Shown here piece by piece: positions 1 through 14,171 of a stretch of DNA of 64,000 nucleotides. Location: the NCBI GenBank assembly GCA_036867785.1, contig CP145413.1:496001-560000 (forward strand). Reading direction: 5' to 3'. The stretch's first letter is position 1. Each line of letters opens with the position of its first letter. The notes under the pieces were generated by a model. That model worked only from the letters and a program-made list of their open reading frames with translations, was not told the origin of the DNA and did no database searches. This stretch comes from Plasmodiophora brassicae. Its lineage: Eukaryota. The position numbers and the translations under genes were made by a program.

Positions 1-156
1 ATAACGACGATCGGTAGCATTCGTCTTCCTGATCAACCCAAAGCCTCCCAGACTCTTACAATAATTACCTTAATAGTTGTGTCTATTACAACAGCTGTGT
101 CATCTTCATTACGGGGATTGCCCCCCCCCCCCCCCAAACAGGACCTCTATGAGTCG

Positions 157-3100
157 CTATGTTGCCGATATCTCTGCGACGATGCTCCGACGTATTTCTT
201 GAAGCAGTGGAGTCTTGCAAACGCGGGATTCGAATGACGAGAATTCCGCCGACTCGGCAATACCTCTGATCGAGTTAAAGGTGATGAACGCCCGCACAGC
301 CGCTCTCAATACGTCCTTCGAGTCATCGCCACCGTCGCCTTTGCTCAAGCGGATCTGCTCCTTTATGCCCTGGAACCACGTCAGTATACGCTGGATAGTA
401 AGAGCAAAGTTCACACGAGGACCTGCGTGAACATTGGTGTCAAACGAGGTAGCATCTCTAGGACTCTTCGTGGACAATGTGATGCCATGTGGGCCAGAAT
501 GTGATACGCAGTTAACTGAACGTCCCGATCGTCGGTCAGGCTTCGCTCTGTTAAAACTCGATTAGATTGCGAGCAACCAGGCACATGCACCGTGACGCCG
601 ACCTAGGCAGCAGACGAAGTCCTCGGCACGGGTATCAACAAGGTCCGGATGCACTTCTATAACAGACTCTAAACAGAGTACCGCAGCTCGCCGTAAAGGC
701 GCACCGTCATCGACCTTTCGCTTGAAAGGACCGTAGTCGACCTATGCTGGCATTTGGTGACGGCAGACGAAAGAAAGACAAATACAGCCGACCGTGCGAA
801 CGAGAGATGGGTCTTGAGCCATTTGACGATACATGGCTGGCAATACAACGGGAACGACCTGCTCGAGGAGGCCCGGAACAGGAGGACCGCGCAGCAGAGC
901 GTTCACTGTAAGCAGCGCATGACGTCGAGTCTCAAGATCAGCGTCGTCAAGCATCGATAGAAACGCTGGCACGTGTTGTCCGAACTCTGCAGATGAAAAT
1001 CAGCTATCGCAGCGCATCATAACATTGTACGGGATGGCTGTCACCTTTGTCAATGTTGACATAGCGCAAGGCGCCGATGATAACCCATCGCACCCTAGGT
1101 GAAGGGTCTCTGATGCGGGCGACGATGTCTCGAGTAAGAGCCCGGCGGACAGTTTCGCCATCATTGCATAGCGCACCGAGGCAATGAGCAATGATACCCC
1201 TGATTCCTTCATCATCGGTGTTACAGTACTCGAACAGGAGAGGTGCAAGCTCCGCCGGCAGCTGGTCATCTGCCAGGTCGTCTCGAAGAACGATTACCTG
1301 TGAAGAAACGTAAGCATGAACACACAAAGTATTCAGGGCGCCAGAGCACCTCTTTCAGTGCCTTAAGAAGCAGGTAACGATGCGACGGAGCGCGCTTGAG
1401 GCGCGTAATAATCATGGGCAAGACTGCCGCGATATTTCGCGCCGCAATACGGCCGACTGCCTTCGATGCTGCCCATTTGATGTCTTCATGCGAATCGTCG
1501 AATTTGCTGAACATTGTGCCCAGGAGCCCGTTTACACCTGCGGCACATCTTCAGAGACTGAACCGACCATCACCTCGCTCGTACCGAAACCTGAAATGTC
1601 AATGTGCCGGCCGATTTCCCCAATGGCGGCAATGGAGACAAGCTGAGTGCTATGCTGCAATTGCATCATGTCCATTAGAACCGGGACCGTACTCAGCGGG
1701 TTTGGGTCAGGTGGTGCTGTCACAATAGTCGCCAGCACCATGCTCAGGTTTGTCACGACGTCGCGATCGAAGTGACCGGAACTTGCCATCAGCTGACGGA
1801 ACGCATCGAACAGACTGTCTCTCTGCAGGATCGCAATTCCCAAATGGTGTCCGAGCACGACCAGTGACTTGAGAAGCGAAACCAGAGCCGAACGATGTAC
1901 ACCCTAGGCCTAAGGGTTGGACTCAAGACGATCCTGTATAATGGCGAAACCGAAGAACTGACCGATAGAAGACGGCTTTGAGAGAACGATATCAAATGAG
2001 CCAATAGATCATTTGCATCAGCTCCTGACGCAAAGGCTGTGGGTTGCTCAGAAATCAGGCTCGTCAGAAGTTCTATGGCGAGCTGCGCCAGTCGGGTATC
2101 ACACTCGTCGATGCCTAGTCAAGGGCAGTCAGCAAGGTCCAAGAGAAAGGCGCGCTGTCTCCTAACATGCAATAATTTGCAAAAGGGTGCTCCGCAGCGT
2201 ACGTTCGTCGACGCTGCTCGCGCGGGTTCGTAACAGAGCGCTGAGCGCCTCGAAGGCCAAGTACCGCAAGCTCTGCGATTTCTTACGAAGTAGCGATAGA
2301 AGCTCGAGAAGAGACGCGGGCTTTAGGAACGACGACATATCTGTTACGACATCAAATCCAGCAAGCAATCGGACAGCACGATTCGAATACCCAGTGATAC
2401 GTTGGTCGAAGCAATACGCAAAAGGGCCTGTAACACAGCTTGACGGGTCACCTGTTGAATGTCATTGATTACGGGCTGAACACGCACAGCAGCACACTTT
2501 CCTCGTTTGACAGGCGTTCAGAGAGTACGGACAACGCTTGGCCGACGACCTCGTTCCCAGTAAACAGAGTCGACGACGCGAAACTTCCCAGCAGAACTGA
2601 GAGGGCATTGATGGCGGACTGTTTCACGTCCCTATCGACATCCTAGAGAAACGTAAGCATCTGCTCCAACGTATAATCGTCCAGCGCTACCTGTAGGACT
2701 AGGCAACTGTGTATCGCGTTTAACAGTTTCTGAAGGATGTTTTGCAATGACGGGTCTGTGTACAGATTCAGGTTCAATTGCTTCACATTCTGCGAACCGA
2801 TTCGGCATAGTACGGTTAGGATTGACAAGGACGATAACAGCAGCGCAGAGCTGCAAGGCGGCGTCTTTTACTTTCGGCAACGTGGTCGAACACGCACGCG
2901 CAGAAACCGCAGCAATATCGGCAACAAGCTCTACATGACCGACTAAGAGCGAGGCGGTTCAGCAGAACACGATCCGTCACTAACCGTCTATATCGTGGAT
3001 GGATCGCGACGATTCGCGCAAGCATATGGTGCGAATGCAGTTCAGAAGAGGAACGAGTAGAGTGTGCGCATGACCACCTTGAACGGTCTGCGTAACGAAA

Positions 3101-5188
3101 CGGATAAGGGATCGAAGCCACCTTACATAACGTCAGGTAGGAGACATAGAACGAATGGAAGCGATACACACTCAGTAGCAGCATCATTAACTTGCAGAGA
3201 GGGCAGTGAAGAGATTTCCGTAATGACTGCAACAGCAACGACATTGACTTCCACATCTTCTTCAGGGGTCAGCAGTTTTGTTAGCGTTGGTGACACACGC
3301 TCAACAAATTGGGATGTCAACGTTGATTTCTGCCACGTAACAAGCTCTAACAAAGCTAGAAGCGCCTAATTTCCATGGTCATCGAGCCGCAGCATGCAAG
3401 CATATCCTTTGTACCTGACGTTTCACATTGCAGTCACGATCTTCAACCCGAGACACAACTGTATCCACTACTGGTTGCAGAATTTCGATGCCGACTTCTT
3501 TGGCAATATAGGTAGTCAAAAGCATGCAGAAAGCAAGTTTGGGGCCAATCTTACTGTCATAAGCCGACCGGATGAAGGAAGTCAATGTCACGAGTGCCGC
3601 TTTACGAACTTTCCAAGCTTCATCGTCGTCATCAGGGAACTCAGCAGCATCGGCATCATCCCAGCCCTGATAAAGGATTCAAATCGAATTGATGCAGTAG
3701 CTATAGTAGTTCAGCGTTTCCTACCTCATCGTCATCAACGTCGTCAAAGGTGGCATCCGTCTCCATTCGGTCATGATTATCACCATGCGGTTCTCCCTGT
3801 TACGAATATAAGAAGTCTACCATGAAGTTACCTACGAATTGGAAATGACGTGTCCTGAGGGTCTAATAAAGTTTGGGTCGAATTGCGACAGAGTGCAACA
3901 TATAGGAATAACAGCGGGTAGAAAAGGAATAACGTCATGAGGACAGCGGTTCAAAATTGCGTCAAACGCCTACACGGGATCAGCACAGCAATGTCTATGG
4001 TTGCTCGTTGTTACTGACTTGCAGGCAGTTTTCTTTCAATTCGGTGAACACCTGCGGGTGCTCTTCACTGGCATCTTGATTCGACGCGCCGAGAAACCTT
4101 ATCAGCTGGGGTACGATCCGTACCAGCCATGGTCCAACAAGTTCACCGGACGCTCGACAGATAACTACGTTGCAATCAGAACAGTTCATGATGGAGACAG
4201 TGCTACATACCGCCAATAGTCTGGATGTAGGTATACAACGGTGCTAATGCAATTGACCCTGACCCTTCAATCCGATTGATGATGCACTGCATCAAGTGCT
4301 CGAAAAGTTGGAGGTTGATGATTGGGACGAGGACCCCGCAGGTCGCAATGGCATGCTTTCTGACAATTCGCCCGGGATTGTCAAGCAGAGTAACAACCTG
4401 ATCGAGGATGGCGCCATGATAGTTGACCAGCACTGAACCATAGCGCTTCAACAATTCTTTCAGCAGGTCAACGCAGATAATCTGGACATCGATAGGGAAG
4501 GGCGGCTCAGGAACCGAAAATGCCAGAGAAGGTAGGCCGGAAACCACCGGCCCACCAGGTCGAGGCCGTAAACCGGCAAAGAACACAGGAAGCATTGCCG
4601 CCGACAAGCGCGGGCCAGTTTCGTCTGGAGACGAGCAGATAATGGTTCGTATGCCCAGGGCATAAATGTCCCGGATGTCGTCTTTCCCGACAAGCGTCAA
4701 TTCACCTGCGGGACCAGTCGGATCAGGTTGTCGGTGTCCATCTGAAGGCGATGCATAGAACCTAGTTTGGTGACGATAGAAAGTGTCTGCTCGATATCAA
4801 ACTTTTTGACAATCGATGACAAGCTAAATCGCTGCGTAAGAGCTCAGCTACGATAATCGGCAATAACATACCATTTAACAGCAACTGCCTGGACATCGTT
4901 TGACTGCGGAAAGAGTAAGTCAGGTAATCATGATAGTGACAGACGCAATTGGGACCTGATCGCTCAGCTGCGACACGATCGCATCACGAACGGGCCCCTG
5001 CAGCCCCTTTTCAATGGCGTCAATTGCGTCCAGCTCGGTCGTCAGGTCGCTGGTCGCCATGAACCTCTCATCTTTATCGTGATGCCTGGTCTGGGGCTCG
5101 CGAGTCAGATCCTCACACCCGCACATCCAACATCTCCCAGTCCAACCCTCTCCAGAAGCCCGCGAATCCTCTGTGTCGATGTCGCCAT
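157..5188 (-). CDS. CAND1: Cullin-associated NEDD8-dissociated protein 1 (HEAT repeats), multi-exon
   Basis: Spliced N-terminus MATSTQRIRGLLER|TRHHDKDERFMATSDL resembles CAND1 'SSDKDFRFMATNDL'; exons DIRDIYALGIRTI, ELKENCLQ, DYGPFKRKVDDGAPLRRAA and C-terminal DVLRAAVRA...; many ~55-bp introns. Confidence 0.93.
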
Positions 5189-5359
5189 CAATCACCCAAC
5201 AAAGCTGCAGTATAATTTATGGCACGTCACGCAACGGCGACTGCAAAACTCGTCTTTGATCGCGAGTCGCGACTCGCTCGATGAATTGATGCCGCAGAAA
5301 CCGCTGTCGAGAAAACTCTTGACAGGAGCGCGTTATTTTGCATCGGATTTGCGTCGAAC

Positions 5360-5854
5360 ATGTTTCGTCGAGGTACGCGAGGCAGGGGCAAGACTGCTGA
5401 GGGCGAAGAAGGTCCCGAGCGGGTGATGGACGCGGTGAGGGTGGGAGAGAAGACGGGAGAGAAAACGCGATGGGACGTGTGCGTCTACGTGCATTCTGTC
5501 GGTTGGATTGCGGCGGCGGCGTTCATCACCTACTTTGGGAAGTTGCCCGAAGTGGTCCAGTACGATGTCCGAGTGCTTCGCCTTGTTCTATATGTCGGGG
5601 TCGCAATGACGCTGGTGGGTATGGGTGTCATACTGTATCTGGCGTTCTACCTGCCCATTGTCCAACGAATACCGGTTGATGACGCTGCTGACTACTGCCC
5701 GCGTGTTGTTTACCTGGGAGCGGGGTGTGGCGTCGGCTCTTATATTGCGTACATCATCGCATTGTGGCCTGTCTGGGGTTTGGGTACACCCATCATTGTT
5801 TCCGTCCTTGCGGTCGCCGCTGTTTTCTCACTGAACCTAATTCCATCATTCTAA
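5360..5854 (+). CDS. TMEM128-like 4-TM membrane protein
   Basis: 164-aa ORF with four hydrophobic segments; VHSVGWI and IALWPVWGLGTPII resemble the TMEM128 family. Confidence 0.65.
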   Translation: MFRRGTRGRGKTAEGEEGPERVMDAVRVGEKTGEKTRWDVCVYVHSVGWIAAAAFITYFGKLPEVVQYDVRVLRLVLYVGVAMTLVGMGVILYLAFYLPIVQRIPVDDAADYCPRVVYLGAGCGVGSYIAYIIALWPVWGLGTPIIVSVLAVAAVFSLNLIPSF

Positions 5855-6138
5855 GATAAAGAACGATGCCCCTGGCACTCCGGCTTGAAGGCCCTCTTCT
5901 CAATAGTCGGCAACAGTAGCGAAGGTTTGCGGTTTTAGCGTAGACCACCTCGACAAACCTAATTGCTTGTTGTCGGTTTGGAAGTAGCACATGTAAGGTC
6001 GAGAGTGCAGGTTTGTTGCTGGAGACTTCGGCATACAGGCACGTTTCGTTCCGTGAATCGCGGCACCACGGCAGCCGGGAAGTATGTGCGCGGCGGACTC
6101 CGCACGGACTCCGAAGGGAAGTCGTTAGCACTTTCACG

Positions 6139-7189
6139 ATGGACTACAGCTCAGCACTGGCCGCTGCAATCGAATGTGCAGAAGACGTCCCGGAAGCGAT
6201 TGAAGCACCTGAATCGATAGTGGCCGACGATGGTGACGACCAGGCTGAAGATGACGGCATTCGGAACTTGCCTGCTCTGAATCATGTCACCAATCAGGTA
6301 TTGATCCGAGCTGTTTCTTGAAGCGAGCCAACGCTCATAATGCCGTGCAGATTCGCCTTCCCGATGAGTATCCATGGGCGGAAACGCTTGTCATTACGCA
6401 CAACAAGGCCATTGACGTCGACGCAGAAGATGATTTGAAACGTGAAGTGCAATTGTATGTTGCAAAGGTGCTGTGTGTCGACTCGTTAACTTACGAGTTT
6501 CTTTAGCTACGAGTTCACGGTTAATGCAGTGAAACAGGCGGTAACGCGCTTAAACCAGGTTAGCTGGGTTATATTGTATCTTGTAACTTCGCCGTTAACG
6601 ACGTTATCAAAGATTGGGGTTCCATACCAGCGTCCTGCCGACTTCTTTGCGGAAATGGTCAAATCGGATGACCATATGGCAAGGATCAAACGGAAGCTTC
6701 TTCATGAGTCTGCTGCTATTGCCCAGGTCGCCGAGAACAAGCGTGTTGCTTCGCAGAAGAAGTTCGCTAAGCAAGTGAACGCTGAGAAACAACAAGAGAA
6801 AGCGCTGGCGAAGAAGACTAGCGTCGAGGCCATCAATGCATGGAAGAAGGGTCTGACATGATGCCGCATGTTCTTACACAGCTGGTTTTGACCATGTATT
6901 GCTCCGTACAGAAGCGAAATCCAACAAGCTGACTGAAGAAAGCTTTGATGCCGCGATGGCACTTGCGGAGAAGCAGGTGAAGAAGTGGAAAAAGTCGAAG
7001 GCGAAACATGCAGAGCCGAAAGTGTCCCACAAGCGTCAGCGAAAGAATGAGAAATTCGGCATCGGCTCAAGAAACCGAACCGGCAAGCGCAACGACCTCA
7101 CACAAGACGACAAGCCCAAGAAACACACGGGAAAGAAGCAGCGCCCGGGTAAGCGACGACGGCTGATGAGTACCGGGAAGTCAAAATGA
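6139..7189 (+). CDS. EBP2: rRNA-processing protein EBP2, multi-exon
   Basis: PWAETL, DDLKREVQ, GVPYQRPADFFAEMVKSDDHMARIKRKLL, KNEKFG and RPGKRRR motifs. Confidence 0.93.
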
Positions 7190-7256
7190 GCTTTCCCGGA
7201 AAGCCAATACAAATTCCCTATTCTCTGTATTCCTGATCGTATGACATCGGCAACGT

Positions 7257-9185
7257 TTAACCACGTACCCTGTTCTTCTTCCACTTGTCGATGAAATCCT
7301 GGACCCGATCAAGCTTGTGCTCGGACGGTGACGGCCCCCCGCGACTCAGTTGCGCTGCTCGTTGCTTGAGAGCTTCAAGGTTTGATTTAAGGACAGCAGA
7401 CGTTGATCGAAGATCGCGCTTGCCGTTTGCGGCCTTGAGCAAGCTGTTGCTGGAAGAACTAGGAGCTGCCTGAGGAGATCTTGAGAATTCCTCGAGGTCA
7501 CGAAGTTGTTGCTCGCGCTTCATGCTGCGGGTTTCGCGAGTACTGGATGAAACAGAAACAGGACTCGATAGATGGGATCTAGACAGCTCCTCCAGCTCAC
7601 GAAGCTGTTGCTGCCGCTTGATGCTCCGCGTTTCGCGTGTACTGCTGGAAGGTGAAGCCTTTGATTCTCTACTGGGATTTCGTCGAGGCCTTTCACAAAT
7701 GCTTTCGTCATCATTCGCAGGGAAATCGTCACTCGTGGTGCTCGATGGTCGAAGACGAACCGAGTCTCTCGTTGCAGACCGATTGGAACCATCCTGGACA
7801 TTTTCGTTGGCGTCCTTGTCTGCAAACACGACGATGTGAGCCTAAGTCAGCCGCAGCAGTAGTTGAGAATGCATACAATTGGCGGGAGGCGGTTTCTTGT
7901 CGCGAGTCCGCTGCTCCCGTTGAGTGTTGCGGGTTCCCCCAGTGATGGCTCCCTCAGATTCTCTAACAGACGTCCGTCGCCGTCTCTCAGCGGTGTTTGC
8001 ATCTTCCTCGTCCTGTATCCCGGTGTCACAGCTGACGCTAAGCGAGGATTCAGCTCGCTTCGAACGTCTCGTCGCTCGTTGTTGCACTGGTTGATCCTGA
8101 ACGCTTCCGTCTACGTTCTTTTCTGAAATAACGCATGAAATTAGGGCTGCCTCTGAACAGACCGAGTAACAAGTTATACCGATGACGGTAGGTCGTTTCG
8201 CGCGGGAACGTAGTTGTCGATCCACCTTTGGTTCCTGGCGAGGATGATGGGTTCGAATGATTACGACGTCATCGCTGTCACTGCCGCCGCTGGATGAGTA
8301 TACAGGCGTTGCTTCAGCATGCACTTTGGGTGTCGACTTGGAGCGCCCCGAGTTTCGTTTCCGTGCTGGCTTCTTATCAGGTTCGGTTATAGTCTCAGAG
8401 GCCTCGGAATCGGATCCCTGGTCCTGATGGGTGGACGAGCGGGATGATGGCTTGATGGAAAGAGACTCCATCTGTCTAATAGGAACCTCGTCATCCGAGC
8501 GAGTACGACTCGACGCTACATCACACTCGGCAGAGTCGTTCCGTGGCAAACTTCGACGCTGGTTGGCAACTGGAGAGAACTGAAGCGGTAGTGGAGCCAC
8601 CGACTCGTCCCGGGCTTCCCGGCCGTCTGGTCGTTCGGTGGCAGGTTGCTGGACAACAAGAGGCGTTCGAGCGACCAGCGCTGCGAATATAATCAGAAAC
8701 GACAAATTGTCGAAAACGTCGACGAGGTTACCTTTCGTCCGAAAAGCTTCGTGCGGGGCAGACTCCTCCGGCGAGTCGAACAGCATAGCAGTAGGAGCAC
8801 GGCGCGCAACTGGAACCTCCTCGTCAGGCTCTTCATCTTCATCATCGCCGGCGTCCTTATCATCAAGTGCCCGTTGAAGGTGACTCGCTGTTGGACGAAG
8901 CGGCGTCCGATACAATTCACGCTTTGTGACGAAAGGGTTGCGTGCGTCCGCATTTGTGTTCCCAGTGGATGGCTTCGTGTTGTCGGCGCGTTTCTTGATA
9001 TCCTGAACGGGTTTAGAAGGCTTTCCCGCTTTCCCAGTATCGGCGTGCGATGCACGGTGGTCCAGTTTCTCCAGCAAAGCTACGAACGTCCTGATCAATG
9101 GCTCTTTGTCCAGTTTCAAAATCGCACTCAGTGATGGCGTGCTGTCACCCAAGCCCAGCGCGTCCATTGCTCTACGACAGCTCAT
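7257..9185 (-). CDS. Hypothetical Ser/Arg-rich low-complexity protein (several exons)
   Basis: Long ORFs 7842-9191 and 7257-7829 joined by probable short introns; no recognisable domain; start uncertain (9185 or 9167). Confidence 0.6.
7478..7645 (-). repeat. Internal coding duplication, 2 copies (STRETRSIKRQQQLRELEELSRS / STRETRSMKREQQLRDLEEFSRS)
   Basis: Visible in both DNA and translation. Confidence 0.8.
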
Positions 9186-10072
9186 CGTCAAACACGATCA
9201 ACGATCCAATTGATATGGGGGTTTTTACCCGCTGAGCCGTTTGTAAACCTGGGCGTTGACAGTGTTGAACTTGAACGACTTCCCGCCATCTGCAATGCGT
9301 TAGCCCCGTCGTCAGCAACCGTCGGCGGCGATCCACAAACCGATTCTCACGATCAGGACATGGAACGCAGTGACAACCTGCAACGGCGTCGCCGACTTTA
9401 TCGACCGGAACACGATATCGTGTCGAGCCAGCCTGGACAGGACGGCATCCTCAGTGTTGTCGAGGCGCGCCATCGGCAGTCACGGCACGCCCCCCGCCGC
9501 GCACACACAAGTGAAAACCGCGCCAACGGGCTGCGCGCCCCGCTGCGCTATGTGCAACCCGCCGGCCGCGGCACCAATGTTCCACAGAGGCGACCCGCCA
9601 CTCACTGTGAAACGGCACAGCTGACCCTTCAGGCATGTAGCCGTGTGGAATGCGGCGAATACGTTTTCGAATACGGTACACGCAACTGACGAACCTCATT
9701 CCGAGATGCCCCGCTATACGTGGAATCGCGGCCCAAAACGTTCATCTGTTGCCAATGGGCGGTATACTGTATTGTATTCTGTTCCAGCGTTTACGATACG
9801 ACGGTCATTGGTCGGCGCCGTTGACGTTCAGGTTGGCGCGGCACCCACAAAGACGCTTTGCGGCACGGACGCCGGGACCCGATGGCGTCGTGGGCGGCGC
9901 GGATGAATCCGTTCGCTGGATCATCGTCGGCGTCGGTGCCGCCCTGCGAAGGTGCGGTGCCGCCTGCGAGCTCGACGACAGTCTACCGTGGGCGACTCGT
10001 AATATCGTACTGTGGGAATCGATCCACGTTCTGCGTCTGAATTTCATTCAGGGCAAAGTCCTCCGATTGTCG

Positions 10073-12158
10073 ATGAGGGACCTGTCGTGCTTTACAGGGA
10101 CGCAAACTCCAGCGACATTGTCCCTGTTTAATACGAAGCCCACGGATTCTATCACAACTGAGCAGAAGCTTCAATCAGTCAAAGCACTGCTTGTCCAATC
10201 GTCCACCGCTCTGCAACAGAACCAGGCCACCATCAAGTAGCACCTGGCGCCTGTTTCCTTGCGCGATCGGGGAACTCATCGTGCCCGTGTCTAGAGCGCT
10301 CGTTGAATCGCGCGACACGTTGCGCGCGGAACGGGACAGCCGGCCGACAATGGAAGAGCTCCTGGATGTTCAGAGACGGCTGGAGACACAGTGTGAGATG
10401 TCTCTGAAAGATCGCGTTCAGATCAAGCAGATGCAGGCGCTGGCAGGTGAGATCCGGGTCGCTTTCGGCGACAGGTGGGTCTGATCATGGTACCGTTGCA
10501 GAACAGCAAGAACAAGCGTTGCGTCAGAGTGAGGCAGCGTGCCACGAGCAGATGTTAACGTTCAGATCTCTTGAGTCGACCGTCAAGGTGGGCGGCTGTC
10601 CCTTGTACTGGATGAATGTCTCACCAAACGCCGCGCCTGTCTAGTCAATGGAACGTCAACTTGCGATGTCTAAGGAAGAGTCGTCCCGTTTACGCGATGA
10701 AGTTGCTTCTAGAACGGAGGACATGTCGATGTTGCAGAAAAGAGTAGGACTCTAAGCCTCACAATGAGCGTTCTGCGTCTGACGACCCGCTTGGGCAGCT
10801 TCAAGCGTCTTTGCAGTCTGAAAATGACCTGAGGACCGCTCTGAATTCAGCGCTTGCGAATGCCGCTGTGGAAACATTGCAACCGCCGTCCTCAGGGACC
10901 GAGCGAGACACTCTGCTTCGGATCGCCAAGGCATTGCTGATATCAACGGAGTCGTTGTCTGTAGAGTTGCTGGGCACCTCTATTGAACAGCGAGTCACTT
11001 CGTTGCAGGTAGAGACGCGTGAAGGATCACCCGCACGGTATCTTTGACATTGTGTGCCCTTCAGGAAGAGTTGCGTCTTCGTACGAGCCCCACTGATGAG
11101 CTGGAGACCCTTCGGAAACAATGCGATTCATTGCTCGAGCAGGTTGTACAGGAACGCCGTCGTGGCCCACGCTACGTGCTTATTCGTTGTGCATAGGCGA
11201 GGAGAATGTCGGCGGACTTCGACCAATGCAAACGGGAACGCGACGCGGCAGTTAACGGCGCTCGTTCGTCACGACTCGAAACGGATTCTCTTCGGAACGC
11301 TTGCGAATCCTTGCGTGCCGAAATCAAACAGAAAACCGCAATGCTGGAAGCGGCCCAGCAGCGCTCTTCTTCCAGATCGTCCCCTGAAGGAGCCATATCC
11401 GTACCTAGTTAGCAGATTGCATAGCGCAGCGAAGCACTGAATGGAGACGCAGGATCAGAAGTCGTCGGAGTTGTTGTCACAGCACAAGGTCGAGCTTCAG
11501 GCGGCTGCAGAACGGTATATGTCTTTGGAACGATCTGTAAGGCGAGTTCAACCATAGCCCTGTCTCAGCTCGTTACGTACTGAGTAGAATTACAGATGGC
11601 CGACCTTTGTACGAAATATAACAACGCGTGCTCGGACGCCAAGTCGTTGCGTTTGAGGTGCCAGTTGCTGGAACAGGATAAGGTACGCTTGCGCTCGTAG
11701 TTGTAGAATGTTGAAAACCCTGAGCTCGATTACGTCGATCAGACGAAATCTTCAGCTGGTGAGTGCACTAAATGTGATATTCGGAAACGAACCCTGGACG
11801 AAATTCGAAGCCACATGGCGTCTGCACTGGACGAGTCTAAATCGCTGCAGGTCCGTCTGGCACATTAACACCGACTCTATCTGCTCACACTGGTACTCAG
11901 GCACAACTGGCCACGCTTCGCGCAACGATTGCCCAGCAAAGAAAGGCGCTTGATGAACGCGATCGGCAGATTGTGCAACTGCAGGAAGACGCCCAGCGAT
12001 TCTCCCGGTCGTCACCGTTACCGCCTCAGGTCAAGCCTGCGCTGCCCTCGAGCGGTCACTACAGTGCGAACGAGAACTCCAACACGCAGGCCAACCTGCC
12101 GAAACCGATCAAGACCAGGAGGCCCTCCTCCGCCCCGTTCCAGATGCATGGCGTATAA
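10073..12158 (+). CDS. Hypothetical long coiled-coil protein, many short exons
   Basis: Successive Q/E/L/R-rich heptad exons separated by GT-AG introns, ending ...RRPSSAPFQMHGV*; start uncertain (could be 9882). Confidence 0.6.
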
Positions 12159-12264
12159 ATGACCCGTCGTGACTGCCAGGCTCGTGGCGCTTCTGGAACC
12201 CAGACGTCGGTGTTTGTAGGACGGGCCATCGCATAGGCCTAAGGCAGTGTATTTCACTCGTTGC

Positions 12265-13825
12265 TTATTGGCCGGTCGTCTTGAACTGGGACGCATAGTC
12301 CATGGCGCCATTCCACGACCCGAACTTGGTCTCGAACGCGACCCATTTGGCGGGATCCGCCAACGCCTCGACAGCATCGTCCACGACGCTCATGGTCGAC
12401 CTCAGGCACTTCTTCTCGCTGAGACGCGCCCTAACCGCGTTCAGCTGGTTCGCCGTCAGCGCGGCAGCGCCATGCTGCAGCATGGCTTCGTCCGCCTCGA
12501 TGTCGGTATCGAACCCGCTCATCGCCGCCGCCGCAGCGTCCTTAACAGCACTCAGCGCCGACTTCTCTTTCTCGAGGTCGCCGGACTCTCCCTGTCGGAC
12601 GCGGTCGATACAGTCGAACACGGTCTCGTGGGCGGCGTCGCCGGCGCCAAACTCGATCTTGCAATCGCCCGCGTCCGCCACCTCGACCATGCACGATGTC
12701 ACCTGCGTGTCGTCGGGCGACGTGAACCCGAACCCGAACAGGCGATCCGCATGACTGGGACGCGCGTCAGCCACGATAACAATGAGGTATAGGGCGCCGC
12801 CCCACCGACCTGGAGCTGTGGTAGAAGCTGAAGACGGGCGTCTCCGCGGGAATGTCTGTCGTGGCGATGACGCGAACCGTGTCCGTCTCGTCGTCGTAGT
12901 TGACGATGACGGACGCCTTGGCGTCGTGGTTGATCATGTCGATGAACGGCATCAGGACGTTGGTGACGGTTCCGTCACCGAGGCGAAGGCCCCAGACGCG
13001 ACCTGGGGGCAACCATCAGAAGCGCTGTCATGGTGGGAACGCTACGTGCAGGTACCAGCAGCAACGGTCCACATGGTCTTGTACTGTTCGAACGTGATTT
13101 CGGGGATGATGGGGAACACGAATTGGAATTGGTCGGCGAGGTTCTCGGCCAGCTGCTTCGTCATCCTGGTGAGCATCGACCCCTTCAACCACGACATGTC
13201 GTCGTCGTCCCAGAACAGGGGCGACGGCACCGATGTGGGCAGCAGGTCAATGTACGGCATCCATTCGGGCGTGTTCAGGTTCGCCAGCAGGAACATCGTG
13301 AACGCCACTGCGAAGACGTCAGGCCAATGCGTTTCTACTTATGCAGGGTGGATCCTTACTGGTCTCGTCCATGTCGGGCGTTTCCTGGAGCAACGGACCG
13401 ACCACCGGGTCGTCGACAAGGCGCTGCTTGCCGATCACGAGCAGCATGGGGAGCTTGACGAGGACGTCGTTCTGTTGGACGGGTCGTGTGCTCTGCAGGA
13501 GGTGACCGCCGTTGCCATCGTGGGCAATTTCGACGCCGTCGACGGTGGCGCCGTTGATCGTGAGCCACTCCATGAGGTCGGCGATGTTGTCGTCGTCGTC
13601 GGGTGATGTTGTCGTCGGTGCCGGCAGCGACAAGTTGGCCTGGAAGAACATGGCGATCAGGGCGACGATCAGGCAGACGATGATGCCTGTGACGCCGGTG
13701 AGCACGTTCTCCTTCCAAGAGAATGCCACCTGCTTCGTCATCACTTTGTCCACGTCATCGACGCCGCTCTTGCCGGGCGCCGTCTTCTTCTTGTCGAGGA
13801 GCACCTCGCTCTTCGGGTCAGCCAT
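12265..13825 (-). CDS. SET-domain methyltransferase (Rubisco-LSMT/SETD3-like) with N-terminal transmembrane anchor
   Basis: LMEWLTINGA, WMPYIDLLP, PLFWDDDDMSWLKGS, LMPFIDMINH and LFGFGF motifs; LSMT substrate-binding-like C-terminus; TM VLTGVTGIIVCLIVALIAMFF. Confidence 0.85.
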
Positions 13826-14171
13826 ACCTCTGTGCGCGCGCAGTCTCTTCCCCGAACGCCCGAACGTTTAGTTGGTGTGAACTCTGAACCCAACACTGGC
13901 AGAGTGTCGGCACTGGCCAGCGGTCTCAGTGTGGCGGTGCCTCTAGCCAAACACGTAGTCACTGGTGGACCCGCTGACGGAACCGTATCTGGCACGATAC
14001 ACAGTAGAGAGATACCCGTCATCCCCAGGTCCTGCGTTATCGTAGAGCGAGAAGGGCGTCTGCGTCGGACACCTGAATGCCACGCAGGCGCCAGTGAGGG
14101 AGACGCTGCCGATCGAATGCGACATTGGCGGATGGACAGGTGTGCAGTTCGGACTGCGTGGGCGACCGGCG

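Noticed and set aside
122-135. Poly-C run
   Set aside because: Simple homopolymer downstream of CAND1 with no further structure
9210-9900. ORFs between the divergent genes at 9185 and 10073
   Set aside because: No coding signature recognised; likely promoter/UTR sequence
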